Positions 43,773-53,950 of a DNA stretch of 64,000 bases are shown one piece after another. Each line of letters starts with the position of its first letter. The first letter of the stretch is position 1. This DNA comes from Candidatus Poribacteria bacterium (GTDB lineage Bacteria; Poribacteria; WGA-4E; JAJDTR01): positions 1,952,001-2,016,000 of the forward strand of contig CBDCTK010000002.1 in NCBI GenBank assembly GCA_965222225.1, given 5' to 3'. The notes under the pieces were generated by a model. It saw only the letters and a program-made list of their open reading frames with translations. It was not told where the DNA came from and did not search any database. A program made the translations under genes and the position numbers.

Positions 43773-44000
43773 ATGGCAACAGAGAAGGAAAAGATTCACA
43801 TGGCATCGCCTGCCATCGACTCAATGCCAGGACGAACAGCGGAAGCAGACCACGAGGAGTGGGATGGAACGCAAGAGTTGCTTGATGATCCTGTCTTTAT
43901 GAAAAGCCATGAACGGGCGGAGAGGGACAGGGCAAATGGAGTCTCAAAGAAGTTTGCGGAAATCAGAAGAATTGAATTGCTCTGTCGAACAATCTCGTAA
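43773..44000 (+). CDS. Antitoxin-like small protein (no intact toxin seen)
   Basis: TQELLDDPVFMKSHERAERDRANG resembles YefM/RelB-type C-termini. Confidence 0.5.
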   Translation: MATEKEKIHMASPAIDSMPGRTAEADHEEWDGTQELLDDPVFMKSHERAERDRANGVSKKFAEIRRIELLCRTIS

Positions 44001-44240
44001 CGGGAGCTAAAAAGGATTAACCTTCCTCTTTGATGACCGATAGTATCGCACGTGATCCCTCTCCCGTAAATTCCCACAAGTTACTAGACCCTTCACGAAT
44101 CGCCTCCAATGAAACCGAAATCTGTAACTGGACAATATGAGCAAGTAGAATAATCTTCGGGACCGAGAGTCTGAAGATAAATATCTATCCTAAAGGCGGG
44201 GAACATCCGACCAATCCTTCCGCATTGAAGGAAATAAGAG

Positions 44241-45610
44241 ATGACAGAGGAACGAAAGCAGGAACTGAGGCGGTTGCTTGAGGAAGCGATGGGGGATCTG
44301 GAAATACGATCGCGTTTACGCGATAGGGATTCATTGCCTGTGGATGTACATACATATAGACAGTACCTACAACTACTTTGGACATTTTATCCATCATATT
44401 CCTTATGGGGGCCAATGAGTTTTGAACCTGAGATGGTAAGTAAGGTGACTCAATCAAAAATCATCGGCTTTATCAGAGATGAATTTGCTCCATTTATTCA
44501 CGAAGACAAGATTTTGTCCGCTCGTCGTTTGTACAAGGTGGTCCAGACCATGGATTGCCTCTGGAGAGACCTCTGGCGCAACTTCTGAAAATTGCCGTTG
44601 TTAAGGGAATTGAGGAGTCGGTATCGGCTTTTGATGAGTATGTTGGAGGGACACATGATGGTTCTTTTCAGTATATTGCACTACTTAGCGGAGTAACGCT
44701 AAGAACAGAAATCCAAGTCTTTGAGGGAATTCGGCTTGTCCCGCTTCCTAATTCAACATCAGAACTCCCGCGCTATTTACCTGATCCTTCTGTCCTTCCG
44801 TTTGGAATGTTCGCCTCCCAGTATACAGTGCTCATCATTGATCTCTTTGTATCTCCAATATTACACAGGCCTCTCCCAAGAACAATTCAAGAATACTCCG
44901 AGCTAGTAAATCCCCTATTTCGGGATGAAGTAAGTAGCGGGAAGCGTGTAGGCCTCAAGGAGAATGATTTCTATAAGACGTTCTGTCAAGCATTGTCTCT
45001 AGCTTACAATTTCGCGGTGGAAACTGTTGTTAAATGGCGATTGTCAGCGGAGACTGATTTCTTCCATCCGTACAACGAAGAGGGAATAGTTCATACTTCT
45101 TCTCCGCTTGATAGTCCTACTGAGGTCGGAGATGATCAGATGGAGCAAGCCAAACGCATATACAAGATATTGGTCAACCCGAATTCAGAGGTTGTGGCAA
45201 AATTGAAGATACCGATTGACAGATGGATAAAGTCGAAAGCAGGAACAGATCCTGTCAATAAAATTATTGACTTAGGCATAGCTCTAGAAGCCCTCTATGT
45301 ACAAGATGGTGGCGGGGATATCACTTATAAATTTGCTATTCGTGCTGCTCGGCACTTGGGAGCGGACAAAGAGGATCCCGAGAAGTTGCCGACAAAGTTC
45401 AAAGACATATATAGGTGCCGTTCTAATGCGGTTCATAGCGGAACACTTGACCCAGATGCTAGATTTGGAGAAGAGCGGATTCCTATATCAGAGTTTATCG
45501 AAAGAGCGCAGGGCTTATGTCGACAATCTATAATACAGATTGTGAAAGATGCAAAGGAAGATGGGGAATTCCCCGAGTGGGATAGTTTGATATTGGGCAG
45601 CAAACCTTGA
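44241..45610 (+). pseudogene. Apea-like HEPN domain protein, frameshifted near 44530-44560
   Basis: IIDLGIALEALY and YRCRSNAVHSG (RxxxxH). Confidence 0.75.
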
Positions 45611-45746
45611 CGGGTAAGATCAACCTTGAATATAATGGCAGGCATGAACTGAACTCAGTGGATAGTTGAGAACCGTAATCGTTGTGCGATGGCTGGCGAA
45701 AGAAGATTGACTAACCGAGCAAGGCGTTCAAATAAGGAGTTGTAGC

Positions 45747-46868
45747 ATGTTACGAAAACTCGAAGTAAAGGGTCTGAATAACCGCGTTAATGGTGCTTGG
45801 GAATTCAATGAAGATTTGAACATTATTACGGGAAAGAATGGCGCAGGAAAAACAACCTTATTGAAACTTATTTGGTTCTTAATCAGTGGTAATCTTGAGC
45901 GATTTATTCCCGAGTTTCCGTTTCGGTCAGTTTCTATCGAAACTGATTCGTTTTCGCTGTTTATTGAGGTTGCGTCTAGAAAGGGGAAACTTCGTCTCGA
46001 GTCTGCTGAGCACAGTCCAATGGAGACGGAAATTAGCATACCATTACTAACGCCAGATGATGAAGAAATACACAAGTTTAACGTCCGCATTGCAAAGGCG
46101 AAGCAGAGCAGTCTATTCTTTCCAACCTTTCGAAGACTTGAAGGGGGTTTTGCCAGGGATTCTGGATACTATGTGGAGGAGGATTCAGTTGCGTACCATG
46201 CTGATCGACGCGCCCGAAGATTTGGAGATCGAGCGACAGAACTGCTTCAGGATGCGATGTCGGGGTTTTCAACTGAGATATCGGTTTATGATCACAAATT
46301 CATCGCTTCAATTTCAACCAACGACATACGTGACCTTGTCACGGAGAAATACGCCGATGTGATGGGAAAGAGAAATGATCTTAATGTAAATTTGTCGAAA
46401 GACATTATACAGAGAATCTCCAAACGCAGTGAAACCGACGATGCAATCCGAATATTGGACGGCATTCAGAAAACAGTTGAATCGGTGAATGAGCAACAAG
46501 ATGCGTTATGGAAGCCCTTTTCTGTGTTAGCGGAGCGAATTCGGGGCATTTTTCAATACGAAGGAGTTCGCCTCACAGCGAGCATTACACTTGGAGAGGT
46601 GAAGGAGGCTATCGAATCTGATAAACTTTCTGCTGGCGAGCAGCAGATGCTCAGTTTTCTGTGCTACAATATCTTTTGCGAAGACGCAGCTATTTTCATT
46701 GATGAGCCAGAGTTAAGCCTCCACGTAGACTGGCAAAGACGTCTACTACCAACTTTGCTTGAACAGGGTACGGGCAACCAGTTTTTCATTGCCACACACT
46801 CGCCGTTCATCTATGCCAAGTATCCTGACAAAGAGATTCAGTTAAGCGAAGACCGCGGAGGAGATTGA
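45747..46868 (+). CDS. ABC/AAA_21-type ATPase (AriA-like)
   Basis: GKNGAGKTT, LSAGEQQ, FIDEPELSLH and ATHSP. Confidence 0.88.
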   Translation: MLRKLEVKGLNNRVNGAWEFNEDLNIITGKNGAGKTTLLKLIWFLISGNLERFIPEFPFRSVSIETDSFSLFIEVASRKGKLRLESAEHSPMETEISIPLLTPDDEEIHKFNVRIAKAKQSSLFFPTFRRLEGGFARDSGYYVEEDSVAYHADRRARRFGDRATELLQDAMSGFSTEISVYDHKFIASISTNDIRDLVTEKYADVMGKRNDLNVNLSKDIIQRISKRSETDDAIRILDGIQKTVESVNEQQDALWKPFSVLAERIRGIFQYEGVRLTASITLGEVKEAIESDKLSAGEQQMLSFLCYNIFCEDAAIFIDEPELSLHVDWQRRLLPTLLEQGTGNQFFIATHSPFIYAKYPDKEIQLSEDRGGD

Positions 46869-47629
46869 TGCCAAAAACAGATTTGACGGTAGATGAATGG
46901 GTGGCGGCGCTTGGTCACGCGGAATTTCCAACGGTCATCGTTGAAGGCGATGACGACATGCGAATATATCGGTGGCTGGAAGAGCGCGTTAGTAATCAGA
47001 AGGTAGATGTGCAGCCTGTAGGCGGTAGAAAGACTCTTCTCTCGGTATACGCGAGGAGAGATGAATATGCTGATTTGCCAGTTGCTTTTTTAGCCGACAG
47101 GGATTTGTGGTTGTTCTCGGGGATCCCGCCGGACTATCCAGACATCATTTGGACCCAAGGGTACAGCATTGAGAATGATCTCTACGCAGGTGCCGATTTG
47201 GAAAAGTTGTTAGATGCCCATGAAGTTCAAGAACACCGACAGCTATTAGATTCAATCATCAAATGGTTTGCGTTTGAAGTCGAAGAGTATTTGGAAGGAA
47301 GGGATGCGCACGTTGATATACACATCAACAGAGTTGTACCGCCAGGTTGGACCGAAATGGATAGAGATTTCTGCACATGTCGCGGATTTCGTTTGCCTAA
47401 TGAGGAACTCCATCAAGAAATAAAGGACGAATATCAGTTTAAGCTGAGAGGCAAATCGCTGTTTGAGGTACTGGTTCGCTTTCTAAATGCTCCGAGTCGT
47501 GGTTCCAAACATAACACCTTACCACTTCACGAGATTGCGTTGAAGATGACACCATCTCACGAATTGATGAATCGGTTGATAAAGGAGATAGACCGCACAA
47601 TCGCGGAACACACGCCAGTGAGTCGATGA
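46865..47629 (+). CDS. DUF4435 TOPRIM-like protein (AriB-like)
   Basis: IVEGDDD, GGR, ADRD, YSIEN and RGK; coupled to the ATPase stop. Confidence 0.82.
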   Translation: MMPKTDLTVDEWVAALGHAEFPTVIVEGDDDMRIYRWLEERVSNQKVDVQPVGGRKTLLSVYARRDEYADLPVAFLADRDLWLFSGIPPDYPDIIWTQGYSIENDLYAGADLEKLLDAHEVQEHRQLLDSIIKWFAFEVEEYLEGRDAHVDIHINRVVPPGWTEMDRDFCTCRGFRLPNEELHQEIKDEYQFKLRGKSLFEVLVRFLNAPSRGSKHNTLPLHEIALKMTPSHELMNRLIKEIDRTIAEHTPVSR

Positions 47630-47733
47630 AATGAATATAGCAATACACATGGAATACATAATTGTTTGCTGATGCCAAATCGGCTAAGTAGGAATCGGGA
47701 ACTATCAAAAATTGATGTGTAAGGATACATATC

Positions 47734-48897
47734 ATGGCTAAATCTGTGAAAGCACTCATTACGCCGGAAGTTCTCAAGTGGACGCGTGAAAGACGCATCA
47801 AAATGTCCCTTGACTATGCGGTGAAGAAATTAGATGTAAAGCCCGATCAACTTGAGAAGTGGGAAGCAGGGACGGATCAGCCTTCCTTCGCGCAATTGAA
47901 GGCGATCGCCAAGCTCTACAGAACGCACATCTCTGTTTTCTATTTGCCGGAGCCACCTACTGAATTTAAACTGCTCGCGGATCACCGCAGATTGCCGGAG
48001 TCTCTCATTGCAGACGATGAGCAAGCGTATAAATTGAATTCCAACGTTCTAGAGGCGTTTGAGCGGCGAGAGGCGATTATTGAATTTTATGGATTGTTGG
48101 AGGATCCCCCGCCTGAAGTAACGCTGGAGCTGGATGAAACAGATAATCCGGAGCGTGCCGCACAAGAAATTAGAGAATTTCTTCAGTTTAATACTGGACT
48201 GCTACAACAATGTAATGATGATCGTGCCACGTTGAAATTTTGGAGAGAACGACTCGAAGCTAAGGGAATTCTCGTGTGTCAGACATCCGTCAACCCACAT
48301 CTCTCCATTGCACTGCAAACTGTGCGAGGGTTTTGCATCGCACAGAAACCGTTTCCGGTGATTGTGCTCAACCCCAAAGACAGCCCTTACGGTCGCGTAT
48401 TTACCATCATTCACGAGTTGGTACACGTTGCACTTGGGAAAAGCGTCATACAGAACACGGGATTTAGGGGGCATGCGAATCTGAACCCGACTGAAGTCTT
48501 CTGCAATGAGGTGGCTGGTGAAGTCTTGGTTCCCAAGGATGAATTGTTAGAGAGAGTTAATCTGCATACGCTTGAAACAGACCTTCCTAAACTCTCCAAA
48601 CACTTTCATGTGAGTCGCGGGGCCATTATGACACGGTTGCGAACAATTGGTTATATTTCGAAACCAACCTACGAAGCGTATATACAGAGCCAACAGGAAA
48701 AGTATAAAGATAGTCCACCCACCGGCGGACCTATACCGTATCATACGCGGCTGCTTAATGCTGCCGGAGAGCACTTCGCGCGAACCGCTTTTACGGCTTA
48801 TTACGAGCAGAAAATCACACTCGCCGATTTAGCTGCTTCCTTTTCCAAGTGCGATCCAAAACACATTCCCAAACTTGAAAGCGCTATCTTCGCATGA
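47734..48897 (+). CDS. XRE HTH + ImmA/IrrE metallopeptidase
   Basis: N-terminal HTH; FTIIHELVH (HExxH); EVFCN..AG..LVP. Confidence 0.9.
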   Translation: MAKSVKALITPEVLKWTRERRIKMSLDYAVKKLDVKPDQLEKWEAGTDQPSFAQLKAIAKLYRTHISVFYLPEPPTEFKLLADHRRLPESLIADDEQAYKLNSNVLEAFERREAIIEFYGLLEDPPPEVTLELDETDNPERAAQEIREFLQFNTGLLQQCNDDRATLKFWRERLEAKGILVCQTSVNPHLSIALQTVRGFCIAQKPFPVIVLNPKDSPYGRVFTIIHELVHVALGKSVIQNTGFRGHANLNPTEVFCNEVAGEVLVPKDELLERVNLHTLETDLPKLSKHFHVSRGAIMTRLRTIGYISKPTYEAYIQSQQEKYKDSPPTGGPIPYHTRLLNAAGEHFARTAFTAYYEQKITLADLAASFSKCDPKHIPKLESAIFA

Positions 48898-49391
48898 ATT
48901 CGCTGTTCAATCAAAACATGGTCGTTTACAGCCTTGACCTCAGTGCGCTGTTTGCTGCTTTTAACGAGCGGTATCCAATCGCAAATTTCCCCGCTTTTTG
49001 GTGCAAATTCGAGGAATTAATCAAAAACGATCGACTGAAAATTGCGGAAATTGCTTTCGATGAAGCACTCAGAGACGAAGGCGTTAAGAAATGGTGTAAA
49101 GAGAATCAATTAAGACCAAATTTCCGATGGGCAACTAATGACCCTATACAGCGTAAGGTTAGTGAGATACTAAAGCTATTCCCAAAACTGCTAGACGATC
49201 GGCGGGGAAAATCAGGCGACGACCCATGGGTGATTGCTTTAGCAATGGTATCCCAGAACTGCATCGTCGTGACCGAAGAAAAGCCGACGGGTAGTCCGCT
49301 TAGACCTAAAATCCCTGATGTCTGTGCTCATTTTAACCTTCAGTGTATTCAACTGGTCGAACTTGTACAAAGAGAGAATTGGGTCTTTTAG
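48894..49391 (+). CDS. DUF4411 PIN-like protein
   Basis: YSLD, YP...FP.FW, DPWVIALA, VVTEE and KIPDVC; ATGA overlap. Confidence 0.85.
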   Translation: MNSLFNQNMVVYSLDLSALFAAFNERYPIANFPAFWCKFEELIKNDRLKIAEIAFDEALRDEGVKKWCKENQLRPNFRWATNDPIQRKVSEILKLFPKLLDDRRGKSGDDPWVIALAMVSQNCIVVTEEKPTGSPLRPKIPDVCAHFNLQCIQLVELVQRENWVF

Positions 49392-49522
49392 CGAAGAATC
49401 CGGTAGGCAACTGAACTTTCGGGGTGGGAGTATGTCGGATGATGTGACGCTGGCGCCTAGTGAATTCAGCGCGACTCGGAACATGCTGATTCGGTAGCAG
49501 CACAAGGTAACAAGCCAGAATA

Positions 49523-49584
49523 AAAGGCTGGTGCGCAGGGGATCTCTATCGCAGTCATTGTTCATTCCCTTGATCGCACCCTAC
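49523..49584 (-). repeat. REP with a hairpin element (49546-49575) in its loop
   Basis: aaaggctggtgcgca[ggggatctctatcgc...ttgatc]gcaccctac. Confidence 0.9.
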
Positions 49585-50428
49585 AACTATTATGACAAGC
49601 TTAGCACGTACGAAGGGCCAACGTCCCCTCGTTAGAATCACGGGGCATACTGAAAGTTGGGGTACATTTTCCGACTCAAACGCGCAAACGAAAGGAGTCA
49701 GACAATGATAAACGGTAGAGTGGCAATTCTTCGGATCGTCACCTGCGCGATTGGGGTCGTAGTTTTTCCCCTACTGCTTTTTAGCTTTATTCCATACGCA
49801 TCGGGTCTTGATGCCTGAGTATTCGGCTATGAGGCTCATGTATGGGATTCTTATGCTTTCTTGCCAGCTATGGGACTGCCATTTCCATTTATCCTGTCGA
49901 TTGCTGGCATTGGGGCTCTTCTCGGCCTCCTGCCGGGGATCGCTTGGGCGATTGACCATAGGTCGGCGCGGCGGCGAGTGACGAAGAGGTTGAGCGGCTC
50001 TCGAAACGTTTCTCCGAGATTCTCGAAAGCGGGAAATTGACTTCGGAGCGCCTTGATGAGCTTATTGACGCTGCGGAGGAGATGGCGATTGATGCCTATG
50101 CGCAAATCTATGGAAACGCGTTGCTTGAGGCGTTTGATAAAGAAGTGCTTCGGGAGGCGTTAATAGCAACCAGCTCAGGCATCGGCGCGGAGCAGACGGA
50201 GCCGGAGGAAGCAGAGCAGGAACGGGAAGGTGAATGAGTTGTGTTGGAGCGAGCCGGGGGTTCAAAGTAAGGTTTCGGAGCCGCAGGAAGGGAAATCAAC
50301 GGGGTGATGATTGAAGATTGTTCCTGCAGGAATATGAAATAGAGAAACCGAGTTTTAAGAAAAAAAGTCTGCTTCTTCCTCCTATCTTTTCCTTCTTCCT
50401 CACTCTCCACTAGCCACTCACCACTGTT

Positions 50429-51421
50429 CTATCGATTTCCGTGTTTTACCTGCTCCCACGTCATAATCAGCTTGTCCTCTGGAGAAACCAACGTTGGTGA
50501 AGTATCCAACCATGTTCCGCTGTTATCATCTGCCGGATGATTTGTGAGATCAAGAGGATTAGAGCCATCGACGTTCATGCTGTAGATTTCAAAGTTGCCA
50601 TCGCGCACGGTATTGAAAAGAATCTGAGATCCGTCCGGCGACCGCCATGGCCCCGCATCCCATCCACGGTGATTGGAAAGATTGACCGGATGTGTTCCGT
50701 CGACATTCACCACGAAGACATCCATATCCAAGACCTCGCCGATGTCCGATTGAAACGCTATTTTGGTCCCGTCCGGCGACCAAGAAGCGTGTGTGGAGTC
50801 CGTGAAACCATCCGTAAGATTAGTCAAATTCGAACCGTCGGCGTTCACGACATAGATGCTCCGGAGAAAGTCGGGATCCGCAAGCCCGAGAAAAGCAACC
50901 TTTGTTCTGACCGGCGACCAAGAAAGAAATCCTGTGCTGCTACCGGGAAGATCAGCCAGTTTGACGCGCCCGGAACCGTCAGCGTTCATGACGAAGATTT
51001 CCCAGTCTCCGTTGCGATCCGACTCGAACACAATCTCCATAGCATCTGGAGACCAGCGCGGGTGTTTGTCCCATCCTTCGTCATTCGTAAGATTCACACG
51101 ATTAGCGCCGTTTGAATTCATGACGAAGATTTCCGCAGGTCCCCGCACCACGTCTAGCACGCCACCGTCGTTCACAAACCTCTGGTCGCCGGGGCGTTCT
51201 GATGCGACGAGAATCTTCGTGCCATCGGGCGACCAGACTAGGTTTGCGCGTACGTCAAGTTCCTCGTATAGATTAACAGGGTCGGTACCGTCAGGGTTCA
51301 TTACGAAGAGCGAATACCTATCGCCATCCCGGTTCGACGAAAAAAGAATGCGCGTGTCGGCAAAAACCCGAATCGCTACTGCCATCAAAACCAACATCAG
51401 AACAACTATCAGATATTTCAT
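50429..51421 (-). CDS. TolB-like PD40 protein 6
   Basis: Signal peptide, WSPDG repeats and C-terminal VSPEDKLIMTWEQVK. Confidence 0.88.
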   Translation of the reverse strand: MKYLIVVLMLVLMAVAIRVFADTRILFSSNRDGDRYSLFVMNPDGTDPVNLYEELDVRANLVWSPDGTKILVASERPGDQRFVNDGGVLDVVRGPAEIFVMNSNGANRVNLTNDEGWDKHPRWSPDAMEIVFESDRNGDWEIFVMNADGSGRVKLADLPGSSTGFLSWSPVRTKVAFLGLADPDFLRSIYVVNADGSNLTNLTDGFTDSTHASWSPDGTKIAFQSDIGEVLDMDVFVVNVDGTHPVNLSNHRGWDAGPWRSPDGSQILFNTVRDGNFEIYSMNVDGSNPLDLTNHPADDNSGTWLDTSPTLVSPEDKLIMTWEQVKHGNR

Positions 51422-51691
51422 TGCACGCCTTCCTTACAAGTCGGATAAATGCTCTGTCACCTTCTATTTCGTGAAAACTCTTGGGTCAACCGACGTGAAG
51501 CGAATCCCACCCAATCTCCCGTTGCGCGATTGTATCACAAAGCGTCTAGCAACGCAAACGGCACCTAATTGTACGGGATCGAGTGAACGAATTTAGGCTT
51601 GTCTAGAATTAGATTCGACCGCAAACAGATCAGGTTTTCTGTTTCCTTCCTTTTGCGCCCGTGCTATAATGACAGCGATGGGGGCTATGAC

Positions 51692-51907
51692 ATGGACAAG
51701 ACAATCATCTCGGTGGCAGTCGTGGGCGGGGGATCGACGAAAGAAATGAATCCGGCGCTGCCGTATACGCCGAAGGAGATAGCCGACGCCGCAATCGAAT
51801 GCTGCGCGACGGGTGCGGCGATTACGCACATCCACGTCCGCAACCCCGAAACCGGAATCGTGTGTTCACGGTTTGAACTCTTCCAAGAGGATCAAGCGAA
51901 TGGATAA
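51692..51907 (+). pseudogene. Truncated beta-keto acid cleavage enzyme (DUF849/BKACE)
   Basis: [23 protein letters not shown]; ends abruptly in a hairpin element at 51890. Confidence 0.85.
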
Positions 51908-52093
51908 TGAGCGCGATAGCAAGTCCCGCGCGATAGAAAGTTTTGATAGATATCCTCTCGCCCACCATCACCTCAGACTCGGTAGGAGCGATTTCCCGAT
52001 CGCGACCGATTGACCGACTGAATAAGGATCAAATGACCGGTTAGGGAGTGCGATAGGGATCTTTTCGCGATAGAGAATATTGATAGAGATCCC
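51890..52093 (+). repeat. Hairpin-element/REP cluster in the opposite orientation
   Basis: Full copies at 51890-51919 and 52027-52056; REP at 51982-52007. Confidence 0.88.
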
Positions 52094-52188
52094 AACAGTC
52101 GTTGCTAAGGTTCTCCGACAGGGAAGGCTGATGTTCAAGAAATAGCGTAGGAGATGAAACTCAAACAACGCAGATAGGAGACTAAGAT

Positions 52189-53475
52189 ATGCCGACTGAT
52201 CTGGCACAACACATTCAGGAAACCGCTTTGGTCGATACGCATGAACACTTGCGGCGAGAGCACGAGTGGGTGGAAAACGGCCCCGACATTCTACAAGACC
52301 TGTTCGGAAATTACGTTACCGCAGACCTCGTCACCGCGGGCGCGTCGCCGCAGGGGATGATCCGCCTGATGGATGGAACAGACCCGGACATCGGCGGTCG
52401 TTTTGAAGGCATCCGGAACGCGTGGGAAGCGACACAATTTACCGGGTACGGCGAAGCTGTCCGACTCATTGCAAAACACGCCTACGATGTTGAGGAACTG
52501 AACGGTAAAACCCTCGAATGGGCGCAAAAAAAGACCCGCGTCCTGCGAGGGCCGGGCGAACGTTATCGGTTGCTGCACGACGTAGCCAACCTTGAGCACA
52601 CGCAGACCGATGACGGGCTTTGGTCTTGTGCGCCCGACGAATCGGGGCTGGACTTCTTTCTCTACGACCTTTCGTGGCGGGCGTTCTGCAATGGCGACAT
52701 TGATTCCGAGCAGATTGAGGCGGAAACTGGCATTGTCGTTACCGATCTCGGCTCGCTCAAACGAGGCATGGAAGCCATTTTCGCAAAGCACGCCCCGAAT
52801 GCTATTGCCGTAAAAGCCCAGCACGCCTACAGCCGCACCCTTGATTGGGTCGAGCGCACCGATGCGGAAGCGTCTACCGCCCTCGCCGCTGTGTTGCGCG
52901 GAGAGGAGATTGACCTCCAAACCCGGCTCTGCCTCGGTGATTGGTGCTGGGCGCGAGGGGTCGAACTGACAATCGAACACAACCTGCCGTTTAAGATTCA
53001 TACCGGCTATTACGCCGGAAATGATCGTATGCCCGTGAGTCGGATTCCCGCGGGGAATATGTGCGACCTCTTTGCCCGCTATCTGGATGCCAAATTCGTG
53101 CTGATGCACATCGCCTATCCGTACAACGATGAGCTGGTCGCCCTCGCGAAGCACTATCGGAACATCTGGGTGGACCTGTGTTGGGCGTGGAGCATCGACC
53201 CGTACAGCTCTCGCGACTTTTTGCGCCGCTTTGTCCATGCGGTACCGATTAACAAGATTTTCGCATTCGGCGGCGACACGCACTGGCCGACAAGCGCCAT
53301 GGCGTATGCCATCCAAGCGCGGGTTGAAATCACGCGCGCTCTCGAATCGGAGATTGCGGATGGCTATATGACCGAGAAGCAAGCGATGGCTATCGCCACA
53401 CGCATTATGCGGGACAATCAGTTTGACTGTTTCGATGTCGGCGGCACTCAAGCGAACATCCAAGCCGCCGCTTGA
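52189..53475 (+). CDS. Amidohydrolase-family protein
   Basis: VDTHEH, KIHTG, FVLMH, WVDLCW and FGGD. Confidence 0.85.
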   Translation: MPTDLAQHIQETALVDTHEHLRREHEWVENGPDILQDLFGNYVTADLVTAGASPQGMIRLMDGTDPDIGGRFEGIRNAWEATQFTGYGEAVRLIAKHAYDVEELNGKTLEWAQKKTRVLRGPGERYRLLHDVANLEHTQTDDGLWSCAPDESGLDFFLYDLSWRAFCNGDIDSEQIEAETGIVVTDLGSLKRGMEAIFAKHAPNAIAVKAQHAYSRTLDWVERTDAEASTALAAVLRGEEIDLQTRLCLGDWCWARGVELTIEHNLPFKIHTGYYAGNDRMPVSRIPAGNMCDLFARYLDAKFVLMHIAYPYNDELVALAKHYRNIWVDLCWAWSIDPYSSRDFLRRFVHAVPINKIFAFGGDTHWPTSAMAYAIQARVEITRALESEIADGYMTEKQAMAIATRIMRDNQFDCFDVGGTQANIQAAA

Positions 53476-53950
53476 TGACCGTTAAGTTGTAGTCGTTGTA
53501 GGGTGCGAACAAAGGGACGATTGGTGAAGGGGACTTGCTATCGCCTTCGCTATTCGCTCAGTTGATCGATAGAACTCCCATCCAGACTGATCCGTCACGT
53601 AGGAGGGGCATCTTGCCCCGACCCCTTGAGGAAGAGAACCCTAATTATGAAGTGCGATGGCTTTCCTACAGCCTCCGCGACAGAGATCCTCTCCCGTTCT
53701 AGCGCATAACGCCAGCGTTTATTAATATACAATCTAATATGTGTAAATATAAATGACTATAGGGGAGGTTCAGTCAACCTAAGGCATTCTGCCGGGAGGA
53801 CATGTCAGGGTTGGATTGAGGACAACATCTAACTGAGGAGGGGGTTCTGCTCAAGAGGGACGTTGAAGTGGAGGTTGCGACACCCGATGGCGCACGGGAG
53901 ATGCTGGGCATCGCTTAAAGCTACTCCTCACTAGTCGCTGACCACTGCCT

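Noticed and set aside
49706-50237. Possible membrane-protein gene
   Set aside because: Hydrophobic fragments switch frames, so the region is too degraded to call
52291-53463. Long antisense ORF (390 aa) and similar shadow ORFs over the WD40, acs and ABC genes
   Set aside because: They lie opposite well-supported genes and have no motifs, as expected from GC-rich codon bias
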